Below are positions 36,976 through 47,091 of a DNA stretch of 64,000 nt, in pieces (within the stretch, counting starts at the first letter, position 1; each line of letters opens with the position of its first letter). The notes beneath the pieces were generated by a model, which saw only the letters and a list, made by a program, of their open reading frames with translations, was not told the DNA's origin and ran no database searches. The position numbers and the translations under genes are program-made. Source of the DNA: an uncultured Bacteroidota bacterium (GTDB lineage Bacteria; Bacteroidota; Bacteroidia; JABEUT01); NCBI GenBank assembly GCA_903863935.1, contig CAIPDV010000069.1, positions 19,322 to 83,321 of the forward strand, given 5' to 3'.

Positions 36976-38220
36976 TTAATTCTGAGGGTCCAAATGAAAG
37001 CCAATATAATTTTTGGCGCAGAAATCCTTAACCGCATTTTTAAGTTCTTCAACCTGACCTGACTTTATATGATTATAGGTCCATTCCGTTTTAGTAAGAT
37101 TGCCGTCGTCAATGTGCATCAATTCTATAACATGGCTATCGATGCTTCTATAGTGATAGATTGTCCGGAATGTAATGGAAACGCATAAGGGTGCGCCAAT
37201 AACATCCATTTTTTCCAGGTCTTCTCCATGACGCTCGTAGCCAATTGCAAATGCATTATCATAAACATAAAACTCTTTGTATTTTACAAGCCTGATAACA
37301 AGGAAAACTATTAGAGCAGCCGATAATCCCCAAATGAAAATATGTTGAATAACATCGATACGGCCAAACAGGAAAAAGGTAAAAAACAGGTAAACCCCAA
37401 TTCCGCCTGAAGACAGAACAGTATTCATAAGTGTTCTTCCTTTGGTCCGGTAAATTAAAATGCCGGGGTCTATATTTTGAAAACTCTTGAGTAATTCTTC
37501 TCGGGCTTCGGTTATTTTAGAGAAATCTCCCGAAGGGTCCTGATTTAATAATATGCAAGTCTGGCGATAAATTTCAGGGTGTTTTTCTTTAAACTCTTGG
37601 GATGCCTCAAAAAAACATTCCATGCAAACAGCAAAAAACTCTTGCTGATTGGTGCCGCCATAATCCCTGAAAAAGGAGGTTTCATGCTTTGCAAGTTTCT
37701 TAAACTCTGTGCTTGAAATAGCCCACCATCTGTCAAAATAGGCATCAAAGAACGCATCTCTGCCTTCATCAATTTTGTCAGTCAATAGTAATGCATGCGC
37801 CATTTCATGCAAGCCCAGGTTCGTTTTGCCGTGTTCTTCATTGTATGCCTCCTGAAAATCTTTCCATGAAAACACAATAGCACCCATAATATTAGTTTCT
37901 CCTTTGTGCCAGTGCTTTGTCAAGCCATTATAGTAGTCATGAGGATAAATAAATATTTTAGAGAAATGCGGTAATTCATATTCTGACAGGCCGAAAGTTA
38001 ATTCAATGGCAGCCGCTGAAATGAGTGTTTTAATATTGTCCATCTCATCCAGTATATCCTTCGCATCCCGGGTTAGGAATTCTTTATTGTTCGCAAAGAG
38101 ATAGGTACGGTCAACAAATTTTTTCTGGTCTTCGGGGTTAAGCTTTTTATAATACTTAAACTTCGCAGATAGAATCAGTTCTATCTTATCTTTATCAAAA
38201 TCTCCCGAGGATTGTTCCAT
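36976..38220 (-). CDS. Zinc-metallopeptidase-like (HExxH; MtfA/M90-like) domain fused to a C-terminal membrane domain
   Basis: HEMAHALL motif in the N-terminal soluble half. The C-terminal ~150 aa contain 3-4 hydrophobic helices. Confidence 0.4.
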   Translation of the reverse strand: MEQSSGDFDKDKIELILSAKFKYYKKLNPEDQKKFVDRTYLFANNKEFLTRDAKDILDEMDNIKTLISAAAIELTFGLSEYELPHFSKIFIYPHDYYNGLTKHWHKGETNIMGAIVFSWKDFQEAYNEEHGKTNLGLHEMAHALLLTDKIDEGRDAFFDAYFDRWWAISSTEFKKLAKHETSFFRDYGGTNQQEFFAVCMECFFEASQEFKEKHPEIYRQTCILLNQDPSGDFSKITEAREELLKSFQNIDPGILIYRTKGRTLMNTVLSSGGIGVYLFFTFFLFGRIDVIQHIFIWGLSAALIVFLVIRLVKYKEFYVYDNAFAIGYERHGEDLEKMDVIGAPLCVSITFRTIYHYRSIDSHVIELMHIDDGNLTKTEWTYNHIKSGQVEELKNAVKDFCAKNYIGFHLDPQN

Positions 38221-38335
38221 GCTAATAACCTATTGGTTTTAAGAGATAAAAATAACAGAAAATTTTAGAAGAATTAATTTTATTTATTAAATCGATTATT
38301 CCTTAAGAATATTTGAGCGTAAAATTCAGAAGCAA

Positions 38336-38896
38336 TTAAAACCGCATAAGTTCTTCGTAAACCTCTTTAGTAGGTAGGCCCATTACATTGGTATACGATC
38401 CTTCAATTCGTTCTATTCCTATATATCCGATCCACTCCTGTATTCCGTAGGAGCCTGATTTATCGTAAGGGCGATATTTTTTTACATAAAAGGTTCGTTC
38501 TTCTAATGTGAGTTCTTTAAAAAACACATCGGTAAGCACATGAAAAACCTTTTTCTTTTCTTTCGACCGCAAGCAAACCCCTGTTGCCACTCTATGTTTG
38601 CGGCCTGAAAGTTTACCTAACATATTTATCGCATCCTGTTCATCGGTTGGTTTTAAGAGCGACTTACCATCAAGCCATACAATTGTATCGGCAGTGAGTA
38701 GAATAGCATCTTCCGGAATTTCATCATTTGTAAAAGCCTTTGATTTTTTATCAGCCAGAAATTCTACCACCTCTTCACATTGTAAATGTTCGGGATAGGA
38801 TTCTTCAACGTCTTTAGGGCGTAGTTCATAGGAAAATCCAATTTCTTCAAGAAGTTGGCGGCGGCGAAGGGATTGGGAGGCGAGGATTATTATCAT
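38336..38896 (-). CDS. maf: Maf-like nucleoside triphosphate pyrophosphatase
   Basis: N-terminus IILASQSLRRRQLLEEIGF and ~186 aa match the Maf/Ham1 family. Confidence 0.8.
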   Translation of the reverse strand: MIIILASQSLRRRQLLEEIGFSYELRPKDVEESYPEHLQCEEVVEFLADKKSKAFTNDEIPEDAILLTADTIVWLDGKSLLKPTDEQDAINMLGKLSGRKHRVATGVCLRSKEKKKVFHVLTDVFFKELTLEERTFYVKKYRPYDKSGSYGIQEWIGYIGIERIEGSYTNVMGLPTKEVYEELMRF

Positions 38897-39879
38897 TTCA
38901 GAAAATCAAAAATTTTATTATGTTGTTGGTACCAAATATCGTATGCAAATACAAAGAAATAAGAAATTCCTGTAAACATGATGAACTTAAGCCATTTGCT
39001 CACAATTTTAAAATCCTTAGGTGAAAAGGCCATGCTTGACTGCACTATTACCATCAAAAGGGGTAATTGAATGAATAACCCAATATAATAAGCTGAGAAT
39101 GGCATGTTAGGAGTATGGCAATATTCATATTGATATGTTCCAAGCAAAGGAATCATCACAAAAGAAAGTAATTGAACCAGGCTTTTTGAAGCCCTTATTC
39201 CGATAGTAATTGGAACAGTTCTACAACCTGCATGGGCATCACCTTCAATATCTTCAATGTCCTTAACAATCTCCCTGATTAAGGTAGATAGAAATGCAAA
39301 CAATGCTACTCCCCATGCTAAATACCGCAATGAGTTAATTTCTATAGGATCAATTGGTGCAGAATGTTTGATAATATATTGCGACTGTATATATATCCCT
39401 GATAACGGAACAAGTCCTAAACAGATTGAGACTAAAATATTGCCAAACAAAAAGGTTGATTTAAGTTTATAGGAATAAATCAATAAGCCAATAAAATAGA
39501 ATAGAAAAATGAAAGCAAGCCATGGAACTTCTGCTTTAATACAAGAGTAAAAACCAATGATTAGCCCGAAAATGCTAATAATCCAGTATGTCCTGAGAGC
39601 ATTTGAAGGAAGAATTAATTGCCCAATAATCAATTTTGTCGGTTTGTTTATAATATCAATCTCAACATCATAATAATCATTAATAATATATCCCCCGGCG
39701 GCCATTAATAAAAAGGATAATGAAAATAGAGCATATGTAGATTCATTTAATCCAATATCATTATGGTAAAAACCCCGCAAAGGAAGAATGATACAAAACC
39801 TTACCATATATAAGGTAAAGGCAATAATAAACAGGTTAAGTGGCCGAATCAACCTTACATATGCCAAAAACAGCTTCAT
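38893..39879 (-). CDS. UbiA-family prenyltransferase
   Basis: Polytopic membrane protein with Asp-rich motif NDYYDVEID (NDxxDxxxD). Overlaps maf by 4 bp. Confidence 0.65.
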   Translation of the reverse strand: MKLFLAYVRLIRPLNLFIIAFTLYMVRFCIILPLRGFYHNDIGLNESTYALFSLSFLLMAAGGYIINDYYDVEIDIINKPTKLIIGQLILPSNALRTYWIISIFGLIIGFYSCIKAEVPWLAFIFLFYFIGLLIYSYKLKSTFLFGNILVSICLGLVPLSGIYIQSQYIIKHSAPIDPIEINSLRYLAWGVALFAFLSTLIREIVKDIEDIEGDAHAGCRTVPITIGIRASKSLVQLLSFVMIPLLGTYQYEYCHTPNMPFSAYYIGLFIQLPLLMVIVQSSMAFSPKDFKIVSKWLKFIMFTGISYFFVFAYDIWYQQHNKIFDFLK

Positions 39880-39917
39880 GTGATTGGATTTAAGCTGTCA
39901 GATAAGTTAATTATTCT

Positions 39918-40235
39918 TTAAGCTTTTGCGGTAGGTCCACCAAAGTTCATTGGTATTGCATTAACTTCACTATCTTGTATGGGCCCATGCATCGATTCAA
40001 ACTTCGAAAGGTTGTCTTTTAAGGCTTTCATAAGCCTTTTAGCATGCTGAGGGGTAAGCAGTATTCTTGATTTAACTTTAGCTTTCGGTACTCCGGGCAT
40101 AATTCTTATAAAATCAAGGATAAATTCAGAATTAGAGTGGGTAATAATCGCGAGGTTTGAATAAATACCTTCGGCTACTTCTTCGGGCAGTTCTATATTG
40201 ATATTTACTTGTTCAGGGGCATTCTTTTCGTCCAT
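39918..40235 (-). CDS. Conserved hypothetical protein (DUF3467-like)
   Basis: ~105 aa. Motif LAIITHSNSEFILDF is recalled from a Bacteroidetes-conserved family. No functional inference. Confidence 0.4.
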   Translation of the reverse strand: MDEKNAPEQVNINIELPEEVAEGIYSNLAIITHSNSEFILDFIRIMPGVPKAKVKSRILLTPQHAKRLMKALKDNLSKFESMHGPIQDSEVNAIPMNFGGPTAKA

Positions 40236-40340
40236 TGGTATAGATTATAAAGGAGAAATTAGGAATAGTATATCTTTGGGCAAAAGTAGCATTTATTGAC
40301 GGAAATAGGCTCAAAAATCACCCAATGATTAATTTGAGGT

Positions 40341-40368
40341 TTGTATGTGTCAATATTTATTACTTTTG
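40341..40368 (+). promoter_or_regulatory. Candidate Bacteroidetes sigma-A promoter for acpP (-33 TTTG ... -7 TACTTTTG)
   Basis: The -7 box TACTTTTG fits the TAnnTTTG consensus ~25 nt upstream of the acpP ATG. A TTTG lies 16 nt upstream of it. Confidence 0.4.
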
Positions 40369-40393
40369 CACCCAATTTAAAATTAACCAGACC

Positions 40394-40645
40394 ATGACAA
40401 ATAAAAATGATGCCACCATTGAAGCGCGCGTAAAATCAATTATTGTTGACAAATTAGGTGTCGATGAAAAAGAGGTAACACCACAAGCCAGCTTCACCAA
40501 TGACCTGGGGGCTGACTCTTTGGATACTGTAGAGTTAATCATGGACTTCGAAAAGGAGTTTAACATTGCCATTCCTGACGAACAAGCTGAAAAGATCAAT
40601 ACTGTAGGAGAAGCTATTGCCTACATTGAAGCTAACGTAAAGTAA
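40394..40645 (+). CDS. acpP: Acyl carrier protein
   Basis: DSL phosphopantetheine-attachment motif ([13 protein letters not shown]). 83 aa from the internal ATG. Immediately upstream of fabF. Confidence 0.85.
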   Translation: MTNKNDATIEARVKSIIVDKLGVDEKEVTPQASFTNDLGADSLDTVELIMDFEKEFNIAIPDEQAEKINTVGEAIAYIEANVK

Positions 40646-40666
40646 TCATTTCCACTTGCATTCACA

Positions 40667-41917
40667 ATGCAGTTGAAACGCGTTGTAGTAACGGGTCTGG
40701 GAGCCCTTACCCCTATCGGGAATACCCTTCCACAATTCTGGGAAAATTTGATTGCCGGAGTCAGTGGTTCAGCTGCTATTACCCGTTTTGATGCTTCAAA
40801 ATTCAAAACCCGTTTCGCTTGCGAGTTGAAAGGTTTTAAGATAGAGGACCATTTTGAGCGTAAGGAAGGTCGCAAGATCGATCCGTATGCTCAATATGGT
40901 CTTGTTGCTTCTGCCGAAGCTATTCTTGATTCAGGGCTCGACCTTGAGGTAGTGAATAAGGATAGGGTAGGAGTCATCTGGGGTTCCGGAATTGGTGGAT
41001 TGGACACATTCCTTGAAGAATGTGGCAATTATGCCAAAGGTGATGGAACACCTCGATTCAATCCTTTCTTTATTCCAAAGATGATTGTGGATATCCTTTC
41101 GGGTCATATTTCTATTAAATATGGATTCCGTGGGCCAAACTTTACCACCGTTTCAGCGTGTGCTTCTTCTACTAATTCGCTTATCGACGCCTATACCTAT
41201 ATAAGATTAGGGAAGGCCGATGTTATTGTGAGCGGTGGTTCGGAAGCTGCTGTAAACCCTGCAGGTATGGGAGGTTTCAATGCCATGAAAGCCTTGTCGG
41301 AACGAAATGATTCACCGGAAACAGCATCCCGCCCATTTGATAAAGACCGTGATGGTTTTGTTATGGGGGAAGGCGCAGGCAGTATTATCTTGGAAGAATT
41401 GGGACATGCCTTAAACAGAGGTGCAAAAATATATGCTGAGGTAGTTGGCAGTGGAATGACTGCTGATGCACATCACATGACAGCACCACATCCGGAAGGA
41501 TTGGGTGCGATTAATGTTATGAACCTTGCTTTGCAAGATGCAGGATTGACTACATCGGGTATTGATTATATTAATGTTCACGGTACTTCCACACCTTTAG
41601 GTGATATAGCTGAAACCAAAGCTATTCTAAAAGTATTTGGAGCAGATGCGTATAAGCTGAATATAAGTTCTACTAAATCAATGACAGGGCATTTGCTTGG
41701 TGCCGCTGGTGCGGTAGAAGCTATTGCAACTATTATGGCGGTGAAAAATGATATCGTTCCGCCTACTATCAATCACTTTACCGACGACCCTGAGTTAGAT
41801 AATAATCTCAACTTCACATTCAATAAAGCTCAACATCGAGTGGTTAATGCCGCCCTGAGCAATACCTTCGGTTTCGGAGGACACAATGCTTCAGTCATTG
41901 TGAAGAAGTTTCAATAA
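40667..41917 (+). CDS. fabF: 3-oxoacyl-ACP synthase II
   Basis: Active-site Cys region (TVSACASS), HGTSTPLGD and GHLLGAAG motifs, C-terminal NTFGFGGHNASVIVKKF. 416 aa. Confidence 0.9.
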   Translation: MQLKRVVVTGLGALTPIGNTLPQFWENLIAGVSGSAAITRFDASKFKTRFACELKGFKIEDHFERKEGRKIDPYAQYGLVASAEAILDSGLDLEVVNKDRVGVIWGSGIGGLDTFLEECGNYAKGDGTPRFNPFFIPKMIVDILSGHISIKYGFRGPNFTTVSACASSTNSLIDAYTYIRLGKADVIVSGGSEAAVNPAGMGGFNAMKALSERNDSPETASRPFDKDRDGFVMGEGAGSIILEELGHALNRGAKIYAEVVGSGMTADAHHMTAPHPEGLGAINVMNLALQDAGLTTSGIDYINVHGTSTPLGDIAETKAILKVFGADAYKLNISSTKSMTGHLLGAAGAVEAIATIMAVKNDIVPPTINHFTDDPELDNNLNFTFNKAQHRVVNAALSNTFGFGGHNASVIVKKFQ

Positions 41918-42001
41918 AAGAGGTAAAAGTTTAAAAGTATTCTGGCTTTTGGGAAAGCTTGGAATAAATAAGCCAGTATTCGTATATTTGCAAGTATATA
42001 A

Positions 42002-42277
42002 TTGAAAAACATTAGTTCTATGCAGCCAACGATTCAAAGCAATAAATCTGTTTTGCCAAGATTAGAAAGGCAAAAAAATACCCTTGCAAAAAAGGTTCTT
42101 TCTATAAAAGACGAGGAAACTATAGCATTATTATCATCTTATTTCCAAGACTTAGTTTCTACCAAACGGATTACCAAAGCACAATACAATAGAGAATTAG
42201 ATGCAGCGGAAAAGGCCGTGAATGAAGGAGAATTTGTTACCAATGAACAGGTAATGAAAGAAATGAAAAAATGGTAA
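42002..42277 (+). CDS. Putative type II antitoxin
   Basis: Small helical protein immediately upstream of, and 1 bp from, a RelE/ParE-like toxin gene. Function assigned by position. Confidence 0.4.
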   Translation: MKNISSMQPTIQSNKSVLPRLERQKNTLAKKVLSIKDEETIALLSSYFQDLVSTKRITKAQYNRELDAAEKAVNEGEFVTNEQVMKEMKKW

Positions 42278-42278
42278 G

Positions 42279-42593
42279 GTGATTAAAGCTAAAAAGAGGC
42301 TAAAAGTTGTTTGGCATATAAATGCCCAAAATCATCTGAAAGAACTTATTGAGCATTTGTCTGAGAGATATTCTCTAAAATTTATTGAGTTGATCAAAGG
42401 TGAGATTGAAAGGAACACCAAATTAATCAGCCTTCGGCCAAGGATATTTCCTTTGGATATTTTGAAATCAAATAATGACGGAAGCTACCGCTACTTTAAT
42501 GTTCCCGCCATAAGGATCGCATATAAAATAGAGCCTAAACGAATAATAATACTTCGGGTGCGGCATCAAAGCCAAGAGCCGCTGGCATACTAA
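42279..42593 (+). CDS. RelE/ParE-family type II toxin
   Basis: ~104 aa. N-terminal KVVWHINAQNHLKELIEHL and C-terminal IRIAYKIEPKRIIILRVRHQSQ match the ParE/RelE fold pattern. Confidence 0.55.
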   Translation: MIKAKKRLKVVWHINAQNHLKELIEHLSERYSLKFIELIKGEIERNTKLISLRPRIFPLDILKSNNDGSYRYFNVPAIRIAYKIEPKRIIILRVRHQSQEPLAY

Positions 42594-42596
42594 AAT

Positions 42597-42649
42597 CCTT
42601 CGGTTTCGGAGGACACAATGATTCAGTTATTGTGAAGAAGTTTCAGTAA
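42597..42649 (+). repeat. Duplicated copy of the fabF 3' end (53 bp, 3 mismatches to 41865..41917) downstream of the TA cassette
   Basis: ccttcggtttcggaggacacaatgattcagttattgtgaagaagtttcagtaa vs ccttcggtttcggaggacacaatgcttcagtcattgtgaagaagtttcaataa. It encodes FGFGGHNDSVIVKKFQ* but has no upstream ORF. Confidence 0.85.
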
Positions 42650-42741
42650 GAAATAAAAGTTCTTAAGGTTTATAAAGTTCTAAAAGAGAAAACTCTCTTT
42701 TAGATTGCTATCTGGATTTATGTTATTTACCCCGAAAGAAC

Positions 42742-43998
42742 CTAAGGCGTTTCCCAGAATGCAGCAGGGTTATTGGTTTTATAAACAACGTAAGTTGTAT
42801 TTGAACTTTTAATAGTGTTTTTATCAATAGCGGGAGTTTGTTTATAATACTCTAATGGTAGCAATTTGATGTAACTAATTGTTTTTCCATCTTCTCTTGT
42901 TTCCATGTTATATTCACTGTTAACAGGGCATTCCAGCATATATAGGTTTTTCGCCATGTAATATTCAAGGTAGTATTTTTCGTTTTGCGAACTTTTGTGA
43001 TTCCAGTTTGCATCCGGATTAATTAGTAGGGTTTTTCCGGCAATCAGCCTTTCCCTAACCTCTTCAATACTTAATAACTCACCTGTTTCATTCATAACAT
43101 AGGCATCGAAAGTGGGGTCCATCCAAACCCATTTTTTCAGAGAAGGCAGATAAACGGAATTAATAACATGGCAGTCCGGGTCAATTTGCATACTGTCTTT
43201 CGGCAGGCAGGTAACTATTCTCGACTTAAAACCCATGGATAAATAACATTCATTTAATACGGTTGCAAGCCCCCGGCAATTCAATCCGCGATTATCTTTT
43301 TTACATATGGCTATCATAGCCATGGCATTTTTAACAGTTGGGTTTTCGTGGCTTCCATCGTGCGGTATCAGGTTATGAATAAAATGAAGCATGCTAATAA
43401 CCTTTGAAATATCATTGCCTTTGCCTGCTACTGAATCTAATTTGAATGATTTTCGCAACTCAACCAAATTCGGATTGTCTTTACTTTGGTATGTAAATGC
43501 CGGCAGTTGCCTTGAGTCGGCGCGATTATATTTACTGGCGTTTTTCAGTATATATAAGTAGTCGCCAATCTGCCTCATTTTGTTGGCAATTATCTTGAAT
43601 TCGATTTCATTGCGGATATTATTGAGGTCACTGTCTCCCAAAATATGCGTGTAATTATAATATTCTGCCTCATACGATTTTCTAAAATATTCCAATGCTT
43701 TCGATTTGACATTTTGCAAGGAGTAAAGGCAACACAAATTATAATAGGCACCGTTTAAATCTTGCATAAACTCTTTTTTGCCCGAAGAATCTAACTTGTC
43801 ATATTTTTTTAAAAATAAGGAGAGTTGCTTTTTGTATGCATTTGAATCCCTTATATAGTAAGCTTTCATACAAACACTGTCGGTAAGATGTGCTAATTGC
43901 CTGAACTCTGCATTCTCTTTTTGTGCACTACCCGCTATCGAAATAAATAATAAGATACAGGAAATAAAAAATCGAAATTTCAAATGAACTGCAATCAT
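42742..43998 (-). CDS. Secreted transglutaminase-like cysteine protease-fold protein with N-terminal helical (TPR-like) region
   Basis: Signal peptide. Candidate Cys-His-Asp core (GLNCRGLATVLNECY ... DCHVINSVY ... WVWMDPT). Confidence 0.4.
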   Translation of the reverse strand: MIAVHLKFRFFISCILLFISIAGSAQKENAEFRQLAHLTDSVCMKAYYIRDSNAYKKQLSLFLKKYDKLDSSGKKEFMQDLNGAYYNLCCLYSLQNVKSKALEYFRKSYEAEYYNYTHILGDSDLNNIRNEIEFKIIANKMRQIGDYLYILKNASKYNRADSRQLPAFTYQSKDNPNLVELRKSFKLDSVAGKGNDISKVISMLHFIHNLIPHDGSHENPTVKNAMAMIAICKKDNRGLNCRGLATVLNECYLSMGFKSRIVTCLPKDSMQIDPDCHVINSVYLPSLKKWVWMDPTFDAYVMNETGELLSIEEVRERLIAGKTLLINPDANWNHKSSQNEKYYLEYYMAKNLYMLECPVNSEYNMETREDGKTISYIKLLPLEYYKQTPAIDKNTIKSSNTTYVVYKTNNPAAFWETP

Positions 43999-44050
43999 AG
44001 GTATTGAATTAATAATTGCAAATATAAGGTGATTTAAGAATAAAAAAATA

Positions 44051-45289
44051 TTACTCTCTCTCCATCATTGCCATATAGAACCCATCAAACCCCGATTCGG
44101 AGGGAAGTATCTTTTTCTCTTTTACTTTTTTAAAGTTAGGGTGTTCGCTAAGAAATTTATCTACAATCTTTTCATTTTCCGATGGAAGAATACTGCAAGT
44201 GGCATAAATTAATTTGCCACCTTTCTTTGTCATCACACAATAATCCGAAAGAATTTTAGCCTGTTCTTTCCTTATATTATCAATGCTTTCAGGACTAAGT
44301 TTCCATTTAATATCGGGGTTGCGTTTGAGTATGCCAAGGCCAGAACATGGTGCGTCAATCAAAACACGGTCTGCTTGTTCTGCAAGGCGTTTAATTGTTT
44401 TTGAAGATTCGATTATTCGGGTTTCAATAATACTGACTCCCGCTCTCTTGGCTCTTCTTGAAAGCTCTTTCAGTTTCCATTCAAAAATATCCAGTGAAAT
44501 TATTCTCCCTTTATTCTGCATCAAAGCAGCCATGTGCAAGGATTTACCTCCTCCTCCGGCGCAGGCATCTACTACACGCATTCCAGGGGTGAGGTCCATG
44601 AAGTAGGCCACTTCCTGCGAAGATGCATCCTGCACTTCAAACCACCCGTCCTGAAAACAATGGGTAGTGAAAATTCGCTTCCGTTCACTTACCACAAGTG
44701 CATCCGGATGGTTTGGTATTACAGCGGTTTCCGTTTCTTCGTCGCGTAACGCTTTCTGTAAACTATTCCGGTTTACTTTTATCGTATTGGCTCTTATTAC
44801 AAAATCGGCTTGTTTGTTGAGTTCTGCAATTTCTGTTTCCCAAACATCTCCTAATTCTTCTTCAGCAATACTGTCGAGCCAATCGGGAATAGATTCACGT
44901 ATAACACGTATTCCTTCAGCTTTATCTAATCTGTCATGAACGGCATTCAGGTTAATATTTTCAAATTCTTCCCAGGCTGGCAAATACATACCTTTATTAA
45001 CAAGGTAAACTCCGCAAAGCTTCCATAAGCCTGCGTTGGTTAGATTGGGTTCTTCACCTACTACAAACCACAGTTTGCGCCACCACCGTACAATATCATA
45101 TATTGTTTCTGCAATAAACTTGCGGTCTGATGAGCCCCATTTCGGGTTCGACTTTAGCAGGTTGTTTACAACACTGTCGGCATGTTTTCCATCCGTATAA
45201 ATCTGCCTGAGGCCCTCAATACAGGCTTTCACCAAATTAGGATGTAGCCTAACCCTTGAACGCTTTTCATTTTCGTTTTCTTTGTTCAT
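44051..45289 (-). CDS. rsmB: 16S rRNA (cytosine-C5)-methyltransferase, RsmB/Sun family
   Basis: SAM motif VVDACAGGGGKS and catalytic DAPCSGLG...RNPD. Start set to the internal Met (MNKENENEK) to avoid running into the upstream gene. Confidence 0.7.
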   Translation of the reverse strand: MNKENENEKRSRVRLHPNLVKACIEGLRQIYTDGKHADSVVNNLLKSNPKWGSSDRKFIAETIYDIVRWWRKLWFVVGEEPNLTNAGLWKLCGVYLVNKGMYLPAWEEFENINLNAVHDRLDKAEGIRVIRESIPDWLDSIAEEELGDVWETEIAELNKQADFVIRANTIKVNRNSLQKALRDEETETAVIPNHPDALVVSERKRIFTTHCFQDGWFEVQDASSQEVAYFMDLTPGMRVVDACAGGGGKSLHMAALMQNKGRIISLDIFEWKLKELSRRAKRAGVSIIETRIIESSKTIKRLAEQADRVLIDAPCSGLGILKRNPDIKWKLSPESIDNIRKEQAKILSDYCVMTKKGGKLIYATCSILPSENEKIVDKFLSEHPNFKKVKEKKILPSESGFDGFYMAMMERE

Positions 45290-45344
45290 ATAAAAAGAAA
45301 AGGCAACCGTCTGGGTTGCCTTTGTAAAATTATTACTTGAATTA

Positions 45345-46292
45345 TTAGAAAGAAGCTCTTGATTTGTATTGTTTCTTTTCAAAGAATTTCTTCTTCATGT
45401 GCTTGGAAATTTTTGGATTGATCATGAATCCAAAATTGATAGCCGTGGTTACAAAACTATCGTTGTTCTTTGAGTTTCCACGTGGGCTACCCGGTCCATA
45501 GTTAGCAAGTTCTTGTCTGGTGATACCCGGTACAAACTGAGATTGATTGGTAAGGTATTTACTATAAGTGTTTGGAAGATTAACGTCGTAACCATACTTA
45601 GGGTACTTTCCACTTACGTCATCAATATAATCGGTAAAGGTTTTATCCCAGCAAAGTTCCCATCCTAATCTGAAAGCTTTATTGAATGTATAGTAGAAAC
45701 CAATACCTACAGGTATAGCAGCCTGAATTAGCTTGTAAGGGGCCTCTCCTTCAGTAGTTAAGGTATGTAATGGATCATAATCACCGGGAGAATATGTAAT
45801 ACCATTCACTTTGTCGTGCCAGGTATGGGTGAACATAGCTTTCGGGTTCATGTGATAAATTCCTACTCCTGCAAATAAATAAGCAGTGAAGGTAGTAGTA
45901 TAGTTAAAGTTGCCACCAACATCCGGGTTATCATAAAAGGTCCATTCGCCTCTTACGGATCCTTCCATAATGTCATTTCTGTAGTTCAGGTTCCTGTCGC
46001 GGATTGAAGTAACCTTTGAAAGGCTATCAAATCCTTGCAACCGAATATAGTCAAAATGACCTGAGATGTGGAATCTTCTGCTTAATTTAAATCGGAGGTA
46101 AGCTCCTAAGTCCCAGCGAATTTGACTTGATTGCATATCAAGTAACCAAGGACGTCCGGCATTATTTACCCCACCAATGTCACATAATCCAGTGGAAGCT
46201 CCTGCTTTTATTCCTGCTTCAAACCCGATTTGACTGAATCCGAGTGTAGGAATAATAAAGCATCCAAGTAATAGTATTTTATTTAGACGCAT
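45345..46292 (-). CDS. Outer-membrane beta-barrel protein (hypothetical)
   Basis: Signal peptide. Alternating amphipathic beta-strands and aromatic-rich sequence. C-terminal aromatic residue. Confidence 0.45.
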   Translation of the reverse strand: MRLNKILLLGCFIIPTLGFSQIGFEAGIKAGASTGLCDIGGVNNAGRPWLLDMQSSQIRWDLGAYLRFKLSRRFHISGHFDYIRLQGFDSLSKVTSIRDRNLNYRNDIMEGSVRGEWTFYDNPDVGGNFNYTTTFTAYLFAGVGIYHMNPKAMFTHTWHDKVNGITYSPGDYDPLHTLTTEGEAPYKLIQAAIPVGIGFYYTFNKAFRLGWELCWDKTFTDYIDDVSGKYPKYGYDVNLPNTYSKYLTNQSQFVPGITRQELANYGPGSPRGNSKNNDSFVTTAINFGFMINPKISKHMKKKFFEKKQYKSRASF

Positions 46293-46520
46293 ATCTTATT
46301 GTTTTAGGTGACAAATATAAAGATTAATTGGAATATGATTGCACGGAATTTCATTTTTTTAATAAAAAAGTCATATATGTTTAATATGCCTTTGAAATAC
46401 AGTGCCATAGAAGCCCATAAATTTATTAAGAATAAGAGCATATTTTGAAAGGGCTATATAAATTATTTAATTAAAAATCGGAATGTTTTATTTTTCATAA
46501 ATTAGCAAAAAATTTACCCT

Positions 46521-47087
46521 ATGAATATTAAATTAATTGTGTTCGCATGCATGGTCGGAGGATTGATGTTTGCTTTGACGTCTTTTACCCGGAATGCCGA
46601 CAAAAGTACATTGTACGATTTTAAAGCTAAAACCATTGATGGCAAAGATTTTGACTTTTCTACCCTAAAAGGTAAAAAGGTTTTAATTGTGAATACGGCT
46701 TCGTTATGTGGGAACACCCCCCAATATGCCGATCTTGAAAAGTTATATAAGGAATACGGTGGGGCTCATTTCACCATTATTGGTTTTCCGGCAAATAATT
46801 TTGGAAGTCAGGAACCCGGTTCTAATTCTGAGATACATGAGTTCTGTACCAAGAACTATGGCGTTACTTTCCAGATGATGCAGAAGATTTCAGTTAAAGG
46901 AGATTCTATTCATCCGCTTTATTCATGGCTAACCGAAAAATCGCTGAATGGTGTTCAGGATTCGCCTGTAACCTGGAATTTCCAGAAGTTTTTAATTGAT
47001 GAAAACGGAAATTGGGCAGGAGTGCTTACTCCAAAAGAATCGGTTCTGGAAGACCGTGTTATTAAATGGATAAAAGGAAATAAATAA
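46521..47087 (+). CDS. Glutathione peroxidase
   Basis: GPx active-site region NTASLCGNTPQY and WNFQKFL motif. Confidence 0.8.
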   Translation: MNIKLIVFACMVGGLMFALTSFTRNADKSTLYDFKAKTIDGKDFDFSTLKGKKVLIVNTASLCGNTPQYADLEKLYKEYGGAHFTIIGFPANNFGSQEPGSNSEIHEFCTKNYGVTFQMMQKISVKGDSIHPLYSWLTEKSLNGVQDSPVTWNFQKFLIDENGNWAGVLTPKESVLEDRVIKWIKGNK

Positions 47088-47091
47088 AATT

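Noticed and set aside
44051-45382. Full-length 443-aa RsmB ORF starting at 45382
   Set aside because: That start overlaps the 3' end of the outer-membrane protein gene (45345..46292) by 38 bp and adds an Asn/Ser-rich extension. The internal Met at 45289 gives a canonical RsmB N-terminus.
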